Source of the DNA: Penicillus capitatus
Lineage: Eukaryota > Plantae > Chlorophyta
Assembly (NCBI GenBank): GCA_965649825.1
Contig: OZ287712.1
Span: forward strand, 248,001-312,000
Direction: 5' to 3'
DNA: 64,000 bases
Shown: positions 1 to 13,277 of the stretch, in pieces
How the letters are laid out: every line of letters begins with the position of its first letter
Position numbering within the stretch: the stretch's first letter is position 1
The notes under the pieces: model-generated
Database searches by the model: none
Told to the model about the DNA's origin: nothing
What the model saw: only the letters and a program-made list of their open reading frames with translations
Translations under genes and position numbers: made by a program

Positions 1-2790
1 ACGGCTGCTGACATGTTCTTTCATCCTGCTCGGCGACATCAGCTTCGACGCGCCCTGTCCGGTATGTAAGTCCGGAGTCTCTGCATTGCATGTGTTCTTT
101 GTACAGGTAGGTCTGTGTCTCTTGGCAGTTCATTTGACTGTCGTACTTCGGTTGGGATCGGCCAGGAAGCTAGCTGTTTCGCCGAACAGGCGCATGATGG
201 ACCATGCAATCTCGTTCCCTACACTGGACCTAGAATCATCACTCTTCGTGCTCATACCTCGGTCGCGGTGCCACACATCCATGTGACTCTGATAGGAACA
301 TCTGTCCACTCACACATGGCTGGCAACGTCCCTCGTTTGGGTGGTCTCTTGTGACAGGCATCGCAGCCGGAGAAGGAAAGTCGATGAAGACGTTAAAGAC
401 AGATCGAAGTGGATCGTATCATGTGCGGTCGCCAAATACTGCATCTGACAGATGCATGGTCTCCTGACGAGCAGCGAAAGCCAAGATGCCTTCTCTCAGT
501 GACCGAGGTCGCCGAACTCGACTCGCCTGTTCCTCATTGGCAGTCAAGATTCGCACTGTCCTGTCGAGGGCAGGAATGCTGTCGCCGATCTCATCTTTGG
601 ATTGCCGTCGAAGAACCCTGTTTCTGGAGCAGTCGGAGACGGCATCCTCCTGATAGGCATGTGATGAGTGATTGTCTCACAGATCCCTCTCGATCGGAGA
701 GAGGACTTCTGTAGCCTTGGAGAGCCAACGAGTCAGGTGATGCTGTGCTGAGTCACTCTGGTTCAGCGATGTGACAGGACCAGAGTTGTGTGAGAGTTCA
801 TGATTCAAGGGAGAGATCGCGGCATCGCTGTCCGAGCGATCAGGAAATGCGCATCTCGCGTGTGACTTTGACGATCTCTGGATGGCAGAGTCTCCGAATC
901 CAGCAGATGATGTGACAACAGCAGCCGGATCGGACCCTCAAGACTTCAGATGCAGAGGATCTCAGCTGGTTGCCGGAGTCTGTGAGAATCCGTATCCGCT
1001 TGCAATTGTAGAGAAGTCGAGCAGCCTCGATCAGACGCCGTCAGTGACCTCTCTCAGCGCGGGACGTGCCACCGGTCCTACCAGACAGCAGACGCGTGGA
1101 GGATCGACCTCAGAGTTCGATCTCATCGTCTCGGTTGCGCAGCTCTCCTGCTCCAAGCGAAGACGCCTGTCAGCAGCATGCCTGCACGCCGCGATGAGAT
1201 TTCACCTGGGCTCTATTCCCGGCCAAGTCAGTCGTTCCGGCACCACCAGTTTCTACCCTGAACTATTTCTGGTCTGCTTGTCATGGATGCGGTGCTGCCA
1301 CCCGTATCATAACAGCAAACGCGTGCTGACACGTTTTCTGGCCTCACTTTCGTGGATATCTCATTTATCTGGAGTCTGGTGCTTTCCTCTGACTTTCTTT
1401 CCTTTAACCTAACTGGCCCAAAAAAGCCTCCAGCTCCCAAAATTCTCGCGTCCAATTTCGGAAATAGACAACGATGTGACTGGATCCGGTGCGCGCGGCA
1501 CCCACTCTACGGTTAGCGACCATTCGCCTCCCACCGCCTGCGGAGGCGGTCGCTCGACGAAGCGGGAGCGTTACCCAGCCCTCGCATGGCCACGACGGAA
1601 AGGGAAGAGAGCTGCGCTCACGCCTCTCGTGAAGCGTGCCGAGCTCTCGGACGCGACGACGGAGTCTCTCGCTCCATCCTTCGCCGGTAGACAGCGCGAG
1701 AGGATGCGTCACATGCCACGGAGGCACAGACCTCGTTCGCGCTCCTTGGCGGGCAGCAAGAGATCGTTTCGACGAAAGGCCAACGCCTCGAGGGAGATCC
1801 ATTTCGTCGGTCGGCCAGCGCGCCGCCCTTCTTGGACATTTAAGATCGGACCGAGAGACCAAGACACGCGCGAAAGACCGCCGATTCTCGCGCCGCTTGC
1901 GGAAGGAGGTCGGGGAAGCACCTTCCTATCTGCTCGCACACGCGATGCGCTGCTGAAGCTGGAAGTGTTGACAATGTTACACGAGTCCACCAGAGAACAA
2001 CGTCGTCTGGGTCTGCAGGAGCTCAGTTGCCGGTCATCGGAAGAGCACAGGCGTGTCTGGGTCCATCGACGACTGTCCGCAAGGCGAGGTGTCTTCCATC
2101 TCTCTATGAGTATTCTCTGCGACGTGTACCTGTGCTGATTCTGCTCTGGTTGTTGGGGCTGATCTAGAAGAACAGAGTTTCGAGTGCTTTGTCACTTACC
2201 TGCTCCGTGTGACAGTGTCGTTTCGATGGATGCATCTGGGCCATTCAAATCATCCAGAAGAAGTCCCGTTCGTAACCTTCCGATCCATAGTGGACAGGGT
2301 TTCTCATTTGAAAGTGTGACTATCTGTGCATGTATCGTAGACAGTTTTGGACGCTCTAGTGTCGAGGATGTGTGCTGAGCATCGGAGAATCATGGATCCG
2401 GTGTCCAGATGCCTCTTGTGGTGGAATGCTATGACCGACGTCTATAGCGACCGAGAACACGGATGAGTTTGTACCTCTCCCGAGCTTTGCAGAGATCTGG
2501 GTCTTGCGACGTCGAGTGGATCACATCACGATCAGTCGTCATCTCTTGAAGGACGAGACGGACTTCGGTGCTTCTGGAGAGCGTCGAAGGAGGAAGGTTG
2601 CACAACGGAGTCTGTTCGCGAGCTCTGCATTTTTGCAAGTGTGCACAGGAGCGTCCACACTATATAGATAACCTGAACTCTTCAATGCTGTTGGGTTTCT
2701 CGTCTTTGAACTTACCACCGCCGTGTCATCCATATCGACAAGGCACCAAGATGGATGGTTCGTATTATGATGAAATCGGTTGCCATCCAT
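1..2790. repeat. Dispersed/segmental repeat R, copy 1 (runs off left edge) plus shared spacer
   Basis: Position 1 (acggctgctgacatgttctttcatcctgctcggcgacatcagc) aligns to 16692 and 50732. Colinear with 16692-19480 and, up to ~1650, with 50732-52430. Confidence 0.9.
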
Positions 2791-3617
2791 GTTCTGAACT
2801 GCTCGAGACGAGCATCATCATCCCACAACTCTATCTCAGAGTTTGAATTACAGAAAGGACGACGATGACGATGTCAACAAACGAGTCGTCTTGCTGTGCC
2901 AATGAGACTCAGACGGAACCACGCTATCGAATGTGTATTTCGACATCGAGTCAACAGATCGATCGCAGAAGAGAGGAGGATACATCGCACACGTCAAATC
3001 AAAGTTCGATTACATCTGGACATACGCCATTCACTGCAGTGACAAATGGACTGCTCATTTGTATCGAGCATGCTGATAGATTCATGTAAACTGTGGCGAA
3101 CTGGTAAATCTCGGAACCGTGCTTCAAAATGGTGGGGCTGCCGAAGTCCAGGTTTCTCAAGAAAGACTATCTTTCACACAATGCGCCTTCATTGTTATGC
3201 AACTAGCCTCCACTGTTACACCAAAGAGGTCGTCTTCAAACAGATTCTCGATTGCTGGGCGCCGTATGATAAATGTGGTACAAAACACTGATGCAGGTAA
3301 ACAGCAAAAGTTCCATAGTCTTTCTTAGTTTATGCGTCTTTCATGACGTGTCCTTATAGTCAGCGACACGTTTACGACTTATGTATGTGAGGATATCCGG
3401 CTTTGCAGAGATTCTGACATAAGCCGACACTTGTTGGTTAGCCAAAACAGTAAAGAGAACAACTCGCATGGGAAAAACGACCAACACGCTATCCATACTG
3501 GTTCATGCAATGAAGAATTCACACAACTTGATTGCATTTGTGAGTGACAAACAAAAACACACCACTGATTCCATGGATTCAGAAAAGGTGATGCCCATTA
3601 AGCTAATGTGAAGCGAC

Positions 3618-6600
3618 TTAAACACTGGAAGAGGGACCTGGATTGTTAGGCGGATTGGAAGGTTCGCCGGTCCGTTTGCGACACAAGCGTCCAGTGCATT
3701 GCCTCACACGCGCAAAAAGAAGAGCCCTCAAGACACGGAAGGTGCTCCAATCCTGGACACCTTCCATGCCTTGGTCTTCAAGGACAGCCTTCAGATAGAC
3801 TTCAGCAGATTTGACGAAGGCGTAGGAGAGAACAAGGAAGAACCCACAGATCGCCATGGACAGCAAAAGCGTGAGGAGAATTTTGACAGCATCAGAGGTG
3901 CGATCGTCATTGAAGAACAAACCGGAGGCGAAGGTCAGCTGAGACACAACCAAAGACGCCGTCTCGAAGCCGTTCAGAAAACCATAAGGCTCGTCGAAGG
4001 GCTGACAGGCACCATGGACATAGTTTGCGAATGTGAGAATGCAAACAGCCAGAATCCCTTGGATGTTGGTTCCCAAGGGATAGGAGAAAGCAACCACGAC
4101 AGTCAGAACAGCCTTTCTGAGCATCACTACGGATTCCCAGAAAATGAAACGCTCCTTGTATGCACGGTACAGGAACCCGGTGGCGTCAGAGAGCCAAGGA
4201 TTCTGACCGGGCTCCTGGGAGCGTTGTCTGATCAGGACATAAGCCAGGAAGACAGGTAATCCAGAAGAAAAGATAATGAGGACAGGCCAACCTGCAGTTG
4301 AGGTGAGCACAATATGAGATCCCTCATAGCATTTTAGGGAGGTATCCAGCGCCCAGTACCTTTCGGTATGCTCATCTTCGAAGTCAACGGAATCATGTAC
4401 TCTGATGCAGTGAAGCGTGTTGACCGCTGTCTTCGTGATGGACACGTAGGTAAGGTAAGCAACGGCCAGGAAACTGAGTAGTGCTCTCTTCGCGAAGTAC
4501 CAGGTGTTCTCTTTTTGGTTCCGCGTCAAGAAGATCCAGAAAATGACGTAGAACAGAAATATGCCTGCAGGGATGAGAAGGTGGACGACGGATCGCATGA
4601 CGGATCTGGGTGGATCGTTGTGTCGATCAAACAGGCAGTCCACAGACAGCGCGATCCCTGCAGAGGCAGCTCCGCTCAGGAAGTCTATAAGACACAAGAG
4701 ACCGTCGGCAAGACATTCTAAAGATCAGAAGACAGAAAACACCTGCTGCGAAGAGCAATGAACGCATCCAATTGGTCCAGTTCAGATTGATGATTGCAGC
4801 TGCGGCGATCACCTGAAGGAAATTGATGCCGATCTATGATACAGAGCAAGTCTGATATTGGAATGCGTCAAAAGGATTTGCCTTGAAGATTTCGACGACT
4901 GTTCGCTTGGCGACCGTCGGATCCGCGATTGATGCATCATTCCTCGATGCGGATTCAGGCAAATCTGGACGATCACCTTCTGACGTTATCTCTCCTGTGT
5001 GCGTCGTTTCTACCAGCTCGAAGTGGCCTGGAATGTCGTTGATCGAGATTCTTTTCTTCGAAGTAACAAGACGACGATTTCTTCGACTGACTCGATCGGT
5101 CGGATTTTGATTCGCCACAGGCATCTGTGTGTTCAAGTTGCTTCTGATTGCGAAGCTGGAGAGAAGGAACAACACAAGGATGGAAGCCACAAGAAGCATC
5201 GCCGTCTCAGCGTCATGGTGGCATTCGTCGCATTCAAAGGACCAAGAGCGTCCATAGCCAGAATCACATGCGCCACAGAGGAAACCAGTGTAACCCTAAT
5301 AAGGTAGAATAGTCGACAACCGGCATCGCTGAGAGTAGCCTCACTTTTTTGCACTGAGCCGCGGAGTATTCTCTGTCTAGAGTCTCTTCAATCTCGCAGG
5401 TTTCCATTTCGCTCGTCAAGTCGTTCAAAGCATCTTCTCGGCCATTGAAGTCACACGCCTCTCTCGAAACACATTGCTGGACGTGACGTGAACAGGGGGT
5501 TCGATGCCAATAGCCCCTGTTTGGGTGGATGACATCCGTGGTACAGTTACCATTCTCTGGACAGGGCCGGCACGTAGATGCATCCTGGTCAAAGTTGTAC
5601 TGCGATCCACTGCAGCGGACAAAGAGTGTCCCATTTCGCTGCACAAACTCCCCAAGCTGACACTCTCTGACTTCGACTTCGACGGAGAGCGGCTCCAGAC
5701 TGGGTTCGCTGAAGTTCATTCGGATCTCGTATCGGCCTGGACGCTGGAATCCGGAGATCGGCGGGAAGCTCTTCCGCTTCTCATTCACCTGCGTGTTGAA
5801 CTCTCCAGAGAACAGACCGTCCGGAGAGTACATCGTTGCCTGGACAAATGCATCCCCTTCTCCGATGGCCGGACTCTGTCCGTACCCGTCCACGATCTCG
5901 ACAAGAAGCATCGGAAGAGTGTCTCCGCTTCGATGGTTCCCAGAAACGAGTTCGTTGTTCTCGACAGGCCGTTCACTGTCGTCTTGACCATTGCCGATCG
6001 CGAATCCGCTGACGGATCTTGCATACGAGGCAATGACTGGACCGTACAGATCGGCTTGGTTGGTCGTCCAGTCTGGGCACACATCCTTGGTCGATTCCAA
6101 CATCTCCAATTCTTCTAGAGAGTCTGCCTGGTACAACTCAGGAGGCGTTTCTGTGTCTTCAGGAGAGCAGGAGTAACGAAGGATGCTGGGGTCCTGTGTG
6201 AAGATGGCACCTCCGGATGTCTTAGCCCGATTGTTTGAGAAACTGCTGGCGGTCACTGCCACAAAGGTGCAAGAAGCATCTGATCTCGTGCAGTCTTGTG
6301 GATGGCGTTGAGTGGAAACATGCACTGCACCTATGACACACTCATGAGAATTGTTCTGCTTTCAAACTATGAAGACACCTCCAAGATCGGCACTGTTGTT
6401 ATTGAATGTGCAGTTGTTCAGCTGCAGTGACAGAGACTGGGGCTCGGAGGAACCAAAAGCGATCGCTCCTCCATGTCCTTCTGCTTCGTTGTCACTGAAG
6501 ACGCACCCGGAGCACAGAAAAATGGGTGTTGCATCCGCCAGAACAGCTCCACCATCTTCCGTGGCTTCACACTTCGCGATCTGAAGTCCATCAGCTGTGA

Positions 6601-9600
6601 GATTTGACTCAGTGAGCCAAATGCCTCCGCCATGGGTTGCTCTGGAGTTGGACAGCGAAGTGTTGAAGATAATCGCCGAACTGTTCGGATTCAATAGGAT
6701 TGATCCCCCGAAACGGGTAGCCTTGTCATCTGTAAAAGAAGATTCTGTCAATTGCAATTTGGAGCGATACGCAGCGATGGATCCTCCAACAACTGCCTGG
6801 TTTTCTTGAAACCGAGTCATGTTTGCATCCATCTCAGAGTTCACCATAAAAACAGCACCTCCGGCCGAAGTTGCTGTGTTGTTCTGAACGGTGGAGTCAT
6901 GAAAGAACACTTGTGTTTGTTCGTCGATGAAGAGGCAGCCTCCGATGTCAGCTCTGTTGTCGCGAAGAGAACACTTCGTCACGTTAACAATGCTCGATGC
7001 TGTACTGTGCAGGAATCCTCCTTCAACTGCTGCTTCATTGTTTACGACCGTTCCACCAATAACATTCAGTCCCCCTTCAACGAGGAGAACGCCACCAGCA
7101 TATCTCTGAGCACGATTGGACGACATCCTGGAGTTCTCGAGAACAACTGAACCATTACTGGAAATACCGATTCCTCCGCCATTCGTGGAGGCGTTGTTGG
7201 AATCGACGATGCAAGTCAGCAAGTGCACCACCGTCCTGCTTTGAACATCCAGACCACCACTGTTTGGAGCCGAATTGGATTGCAAGACAGAATCGGACAG
7301 ATTGAATAGAGTTCTGCTCGAGCAACTGATTCCTCCTCCTTCATCATCGGCAGTGTTGCCTTGGATGGTTAGGTTGCTCGCACTCACGTCGCAGTTGACC
7401 AAATCGAAGGCACCTCCAGCACTGGTAGCACGATTAGACAAGAACAGAGAGTCCAGGATCGTGGTCTCGCTCTGCTCGCAAGCAAAGCCTCCGCCGTCTT
7501 CTGCACCAGCTCTATTTTCGGTAAAGTTTACGTTGAGAAGTGTGGTGGGAACACGTGTGACATGCACTCCGCCACCCAATCCAGCGGCATTCTGCGATAC
7601 GAAGCAGTCCGTCAGGCTGATCGTTGCATCCCGAGCATCCACGCCTCCCCCAGAGATTTCTGCGCTGTTCCCAACAAAACTATCATTATCCACGTCTGCC
7701 TCTGCATCCTCGACCATCAAGGCGGCACCTTCATTGGCCTCGTTTCCTGTATAGCTGCATCTGCGAGACTCGACGCTGGAGTTCTTGACTGAAAGTCCTC
7801 CTCCTTTCACTTGAGCAGAGTTCGCTGACCATGTCACTTCTTCCAGACGAGCGTTGCTTTCCTCGCGGATCTCTGCTCCGCCACCGTCGAGAGTTGCACT
7901 GTTGTTAGAGAAGACGCATCGGCGAACGAGCAGACCATCCAAGGAGCCGCAGTCGAGGCCTCCGCCCGTCCTGGCAGAATTGTTGTTCACTGTGCATCTG
8001 ATGAGTTCCATCTGAGCAGATGCGGAGAGGACGATACCTCCTCCCTTGTCGCGCGCGACATTCTCTTCGAAGGTCGTGTCCACGATCTTGCTCACCGAAA
8101 CGCCTTCGCAGTGAATGGCACCGCCGTTGTCTGCAGTGTTCTTCGTCATAATGGATCCGCGGACAGCAAGATCCCTGGATGCAGATATCTGCAAACAGCC
8201 ACCGTCTCTAGCCGTGCTGTTGCTGCAGTCCAGTGCGGACAGCCTCGACGAGCTGCTCTCCGTAAGGAGAATGGACCCTCCTCTTCCCGATGCATTGTTG
8301 TTGCGGAAGATGGAGGAGATCAGCTCCAGGATGCCATTGGAGACAAGGAGAGCGCCTGCGTCCGTTGTAGCCGCGTTGTCTTGGAAGGAGCAGCCGTCGA
8401 TCGTCAGATTTCCATCGAAAGAGGCAATGGCGGCCCCGTTCTCTGCGGCATTGGACGTGAAGCTGCAGTTGGAGACTGAGAGGTTCTGTGTGAAATTCGA
8501 CAGGATGGCAGCTCCAGAGAACACGGCGGAGTTCTCGCGGAATGAACTGTCGACGACAGTGGCTGCTTGAACGCGGTCTAGTAGGAGAGCGGACTCTGTG
8601 GAGGTTCTGATATCGGCATTCCTCATGTCGAGGCTTCCTTCCACGACGCGAAGAACGGCGAGTTCGTTCGAGCTGGCGGTCAGATCTTCCACCGATGACG
8701 AGGAACCTGGTGGAGACGACATCAATGATAAAGGTGAGTTCTCTCCGGATAATTTTATGTTCCTCCGGAGCCTCAGTCCTCTCAGATCGTTCTCCTGCGC
8801 CAGTCTGGCAAAGCACTGATCGCCGCAAGTGTTGTTCGAGAATACGACATCGATCATCTCTACGGAAGCGCACAACGAGGTGGAAGCAGAGAGACCACTT
8901 GCTCTATTTAGCGAATTGCGTCTGAACGCCACGTGATGTAAACTGATCTTCCCCAGAGGACTCTCTGGGAGACAGGTGTCAACCTGGACGATGGATGCGC
9001 CTTCTGTGTCCAACGAACAGCCGCGAAAGACCACGTTGGCGAGGAGCACATTGTGAGACCTGCACATTCATAACTGTCAATCGCCTTGTCAGATTGGCAG
9101 TTGCCGTAATTGGATCTACCTTATGCGAAAGACTCCATCTTCTGTGGGGCATCTGAATCGAACTTTCCGGTCTGCCTTCGGGAAGATGCCATCGATGGGA
9201 TCGGTTGATGGGACGTTGGAACTCAGAGTGAGATTCCACTGCACAACAATTCGAGCAGGCACTCGTATCTCGTCTTCGGCACTAAGAAGGATGACATCGT
9301 TCTCCCTGGTGCAGTTGATAATGACACCGAGGTCTTCCGACAGGTCTTCCAGTGCTCTCGAGTCAATCAGCCACGTCCTTGTCTCTTCGTCCAAAAGGTC
9401 AGATATCTCCTGTCGCGTCAGCTGACACTCCGCATCTGATCACACCATACACAGCTCTGATGGGTCCACGGTGCAGGCCGCATTACCTTGAGCAGCATCT
9501 CCACGGGATCCTCTTTGCAGTAGACCGCGACCAGTCGAGCGTTCCTGAGAACAAATATGTTATCTGCTATCTCCGGATGACGAAGGGGAAGTAGATACCT

Positions 9601-9937
9601 GAGCAGTTGTAGCAGAACCAGTCACTCCTTGCGTCCACGCTGGAAGGCGTTCACTGTGAGCCTCTGGCAGAATGCGGACATAGTTAACCGCCGTTCATTG
9701 CACCAAGGAGCGAGAACGCGATGCAGAGAAAATGCAAAGTAACGACGATAGAAGTTTGTCAGCCAAGCGAGCGTTTTCCGAGGTGACGTTTGCTGACTCA
9801 CTTTCCGAAATATCAGACTCTGCGAAAGTGACGCGGAACTCTTTGTAGGAGTGCGGTAGGGCTTGCGCAAACGTCAGGAACACGGAGAAAAGGAATATCG
9901 CGGTAGGACACCCGTGCGCTTTGACAGCGAAAGGCAT
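3618..9937 (-). CDS. Large secreted/surface beta-helix (Pmp-like, pectin-lyase fold) repeat protein with Cys-rich linker and C-terminal multi-pass TM domain, copy 1, multi-exon
   Basis: Signal peptide MPFAVKAHGCPTAIFLFSVFLTFAQA from ATG 9937. ~900-aa exon (6362-9067) of GGA[I/V]...FxxNxA repeats; CRPCPENGNC/GYW Cys-rich region; TM region with DTSLKCYEGSH. The internal exons I checked splice in frame, including a GC-AG intron at 4834-4881; the 5'-most exon junctions are less certain. Confidence 0.85.
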
Positions 9938-11572
9938 CTCCCTCAATCTGCCGCTTCGACTGTCAGGTTTAGCCCTGCGCGTAAGGAAACTCGAGCCGTC
10001 AGATATCTTCTTCTGCTTTTCGGATTCGACCAAGCTGGTCAACATGTCTTTCTCGGCAAACGAGCTTAACAAACAGACTTATGCGAAGTCGAATTGCACT
10101 CCAGCGTTTAAGTAGTCACTTCAGATGAAGCTTCCGGACAGTGGACTGCGAACATGAATAGGAACAAAGGTGAGAAACAGTGACAGGCGAATTGGCCGAG
10201 AACCTGACAACCCGTGTCCGACTTCGACCGGCGGAAGCTGCATCCATCTGTCGAAAAGCCGCGTTGGGTCGAATCTGCGATATCGCGACGGAATCTTTCA
10301 CGTCACCGGATAGTTGTCTTGAAGAAAAGCCAACCGACTATTACAGACGCTCCTGTTTTTACAAGCTCGTCTACAAATATCACTGATACCATCTATACCT
10401 GTGTATGCTCGTTGTTCATATCCACTCGTTTGCCGAACTCTAGATGAATGACATTGTCCTACCTACGTTCGATAGAGTCACGCACGGAGACAAGACTCCG
10501 TTTAGTTTCCTGCGAAAGTGTAAAGTGTTTACCTGCCGTGCTGAAAATCGCGTTTTCCCGTGCAACTACGTCGCTGTGGAAGTTACCGCTGAGCGAGCGA
10601 GACTCGTCGCTACTCATCTTAAGTAACGTAACGTGAGAGACAGCCAGAACACGAAGGAACGTGTGTCTAGTGTGTAGACGACGCGGCTCGCCTTGCTGCC
10701 GACCCTTTTGGCGAAAGCTTTATACAAAGCGGCACCTAAAGCATTATCTATTCCTTGGTCCCGTTTGTTTGTTCGTCGCCGTGTCGTCCGCGGGAAACGA
10801 GCTGACGTCATCGATGCGACGTGTCTTCTGTCATTAGACTTATTACAAAGTTTGAATTGTCATTTCTATAAGGTATGAACAAAAGCAGGAGGCCATTCCA
10901 GTGTTGTGCATCTGCGTAGTAACTACAAGCGGATCAATAAGCATCCTGGTTTTCTGACAGGTTTGTTCCATTGAGTGGAGATTTCTATGATACTCAGTTT
11001 AGTCATGAATATGCGGATGATTAAAGAACGTATGGGAAAAGGCTGCAGTATCACTCTCACTGTGAAAAGGTCTTTTCAAATCTCCCTTTTCTTTTTGTCA
11101 TGTGAAACGGAGTGGCCGTTTCTTCTGTTTAGCTTACCTTGTGTCCAGCGCAGGCCTTGTCGCTCGGGTTCTCGACGGAGATAACAGACTGCCAGAGTAT
11201 GCGCGATGCTGTAGGAGAGACTGAGCGACGAGCTGGTCGTGTGTCGCAGGTCCAGTGTCAGGGGCACGTTCGACCACGTTCGTTGCCAAGGTATGGTTGA
11301 TAACTGTATTCGCAGCGCCGACGCTCTAGGAGTGATATCAACGACGGACGAGACGGGCACAAAAAGATGGCAGTCCGGAACGTAAAATTCGGCAAATGGT
11401 TTCGCGTGCCGCGTGCGGCGTCATCTTTCGTGTCGCTCTCATTGTACTTGCGGAATTGACAGACACGCAGCTGTCTATCAGCTATACGTACGAGCCTAAA
11501 ATCGATGCGAACTTCACAGCCCGTATGACACAGTTTGGAAACTGTCGTGAAGATGTTATGGAGCCGCTCGGG

Positions 11573-11579
11573 TATATAA
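11573..11579 (+). promoter_or_regulatory. TATA box of small secreted protein gene
   Basis: TATATAA ~98 bp upstream of ATG 11677. The paralogous site near 34718 reads TATGTAA. Confidence 0.5.
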
Positions 11580-11676
11580 GCGACGCAAAAGCATTCCTGC
11601 GTAAAGTGTTTATTCCGTGACGCAAACGGCGAAGTCGATTCGTGAGCACTGTCCCTTCGCCGTGTCGACTTTAGTC

Positions 11677-12167
11677 ATGAAACGTTACATCCTTTGCCTC
11701 GTGAGTCCCGCTAACCTCGCGGGTGTTAAAGTCTCTACTTGACTGACGTATGTTTGTTTGTTGCAGACCGTCGCCGTTTTGTGTTGTTTCGCTTTGTGCA
11801 ACGGTAAACCTTTGAACGCGAAGTTCGTAATAGGGTTGAAAGTGGATGTGTCTTCGCAGCGTCACGAGTCGGGATGGGAGGCATCGTGGGCAGCGGTGCT
11901 TTCGACGGAAAAGGACTCGAGGTCGCACTCCGCGGAAGACACTTATCGAAAAGCACGAGCAAACCGAAAACCACGCCACCTCCATCCTCCTCAGAAAGCG
12001 CGAAAAAACCGAAAACCACTCCACCTCCATCCACCTCCGCCAGCACTAAAGGTACCGCATCGGCCACGGCGGCGCGACGGTTAACGTCACGGAAACTACA
12101 GGTTCTGATAAAACCACTTTCGCAGTCGTCAACTGTAAAGATCGCTGTGAGTTATGTTCATTTATAA
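11677..12167 (+). CDS. Small secreted Pro/Ser/Thr/Lys-rich (HRGP-like) protein, copy 1
   Basis: Exons ATGAAACGTTACATCCTTTGCCTC|gtgagt..ttgcag|ACCGTC..AACG|gtaaac..tcgcag|CGTCA give MKRYILCLTVAVLCCFALCNASRVGMGGIVG...RGRHLSKSTSKPKTTPPPS...RRLTSRKLQ. 3' end uncertain. Confidence 0.65.
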
Positions 12168-13277
12168 CCAACGTAACGCTTTGTCAAGTCAGGTTTCTAC
12201 GAGCCAAATTTGCCATGTTGCATGAACAATTACGTTTAAAGCCAAGGGATGTGTATAAACCGATGAAACGCTGGTTGATTGTTTTGAACAGAATGACATT
12301 TCATCAAGTCAGGCTTGGCGGAGCCATGGTTATTCCGTTGTCATTAAAACAAACGAATGTGTGCAAACCCAATGAAACTCCGGTTGCTTGCTTTGAGCGA
12401 CCTTTAAAACGTTGTTTGATAAACCAGACGCAAGACTACAATTGCATCGCTGTTGGCTCCTCGTTATACAGACGTCGTGTCTGGTATGACGCCGATAAGA
12501 GCATCGATTTGACAATAACGTCGCTCGATTGTTCGATCATGTGTTCGCATTCTGCTCTACTCTGACGGTCTTTTCAAACCCCACGCGCTTGGTAGAGGCC
12601 CTGAACTGACGATCCGCTGCTGTCACTGACCCATTGATAAGGACGTCATCGTCGAGGTTGAACGATCCTGTGAAACGCAGCGATCGTCAATCAGCAAGTA
12701 TCTTCTACACAAATCCGACTGCGTCCATCGTGCAATGTCGCCGCCGACTGTCCGCCCATCCACATTCGTCCCCGGCTACGTTGAAGAATGCGACGAAGTA
12801 GCAGGTTGAGGGCCGAATGGTCCAAGTTGTTGGTGTTCTCCTCGATTTGAAAGCAACCTTCAAAATCGCAATTGGAGTCGAATTTAAGATATCCTGTAGG
12901 CTGCGTGTCGGTGTCCTCACGAGCAAGGGAATCCTGTTTCAGGCAGGACGTTTTAAAACTCGTTGCCCGGGTGCCGAAAAACACCAAAGGCCGAATCACG
13001 ACGGCAAGAATGGCTTCTCTTAGTGACCAGTGTGCTTAATGGCAACGATGGAAGCTAACCGAATGCTAGTCCCTATCACATGATGTTTCTCTTTCTTCAG
13101 TGCAAGTCAGAAACTCTGTGCGGACCTTCGAACGTGATGATGGATGAGCATGATACAAACCACTGTTTTCCCACTTCTAAAACATGACAAGACCCCAGTG
13201 TCCTTCTCTGTTTAACGCGAATAAGTGAGCACGATGTCCTCAGCACATTCGCCTACTGAGTCTAGTAAAATGAACGA

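Noticed and set aside
1228-1455. Protein kinase (ILGAGGFFG resembles the Gly-rich loop)
   Set aside because: No VAIK, HRD or DFG motifs downstream, and the frame closes quickly in all three copies.
6351-8925. Many plus-strand ORFs over the receptor gene (and equivalents at 29.4-31.9 kb and elsewhere)
   Set aside because: Antisense shadows of real coding exons.
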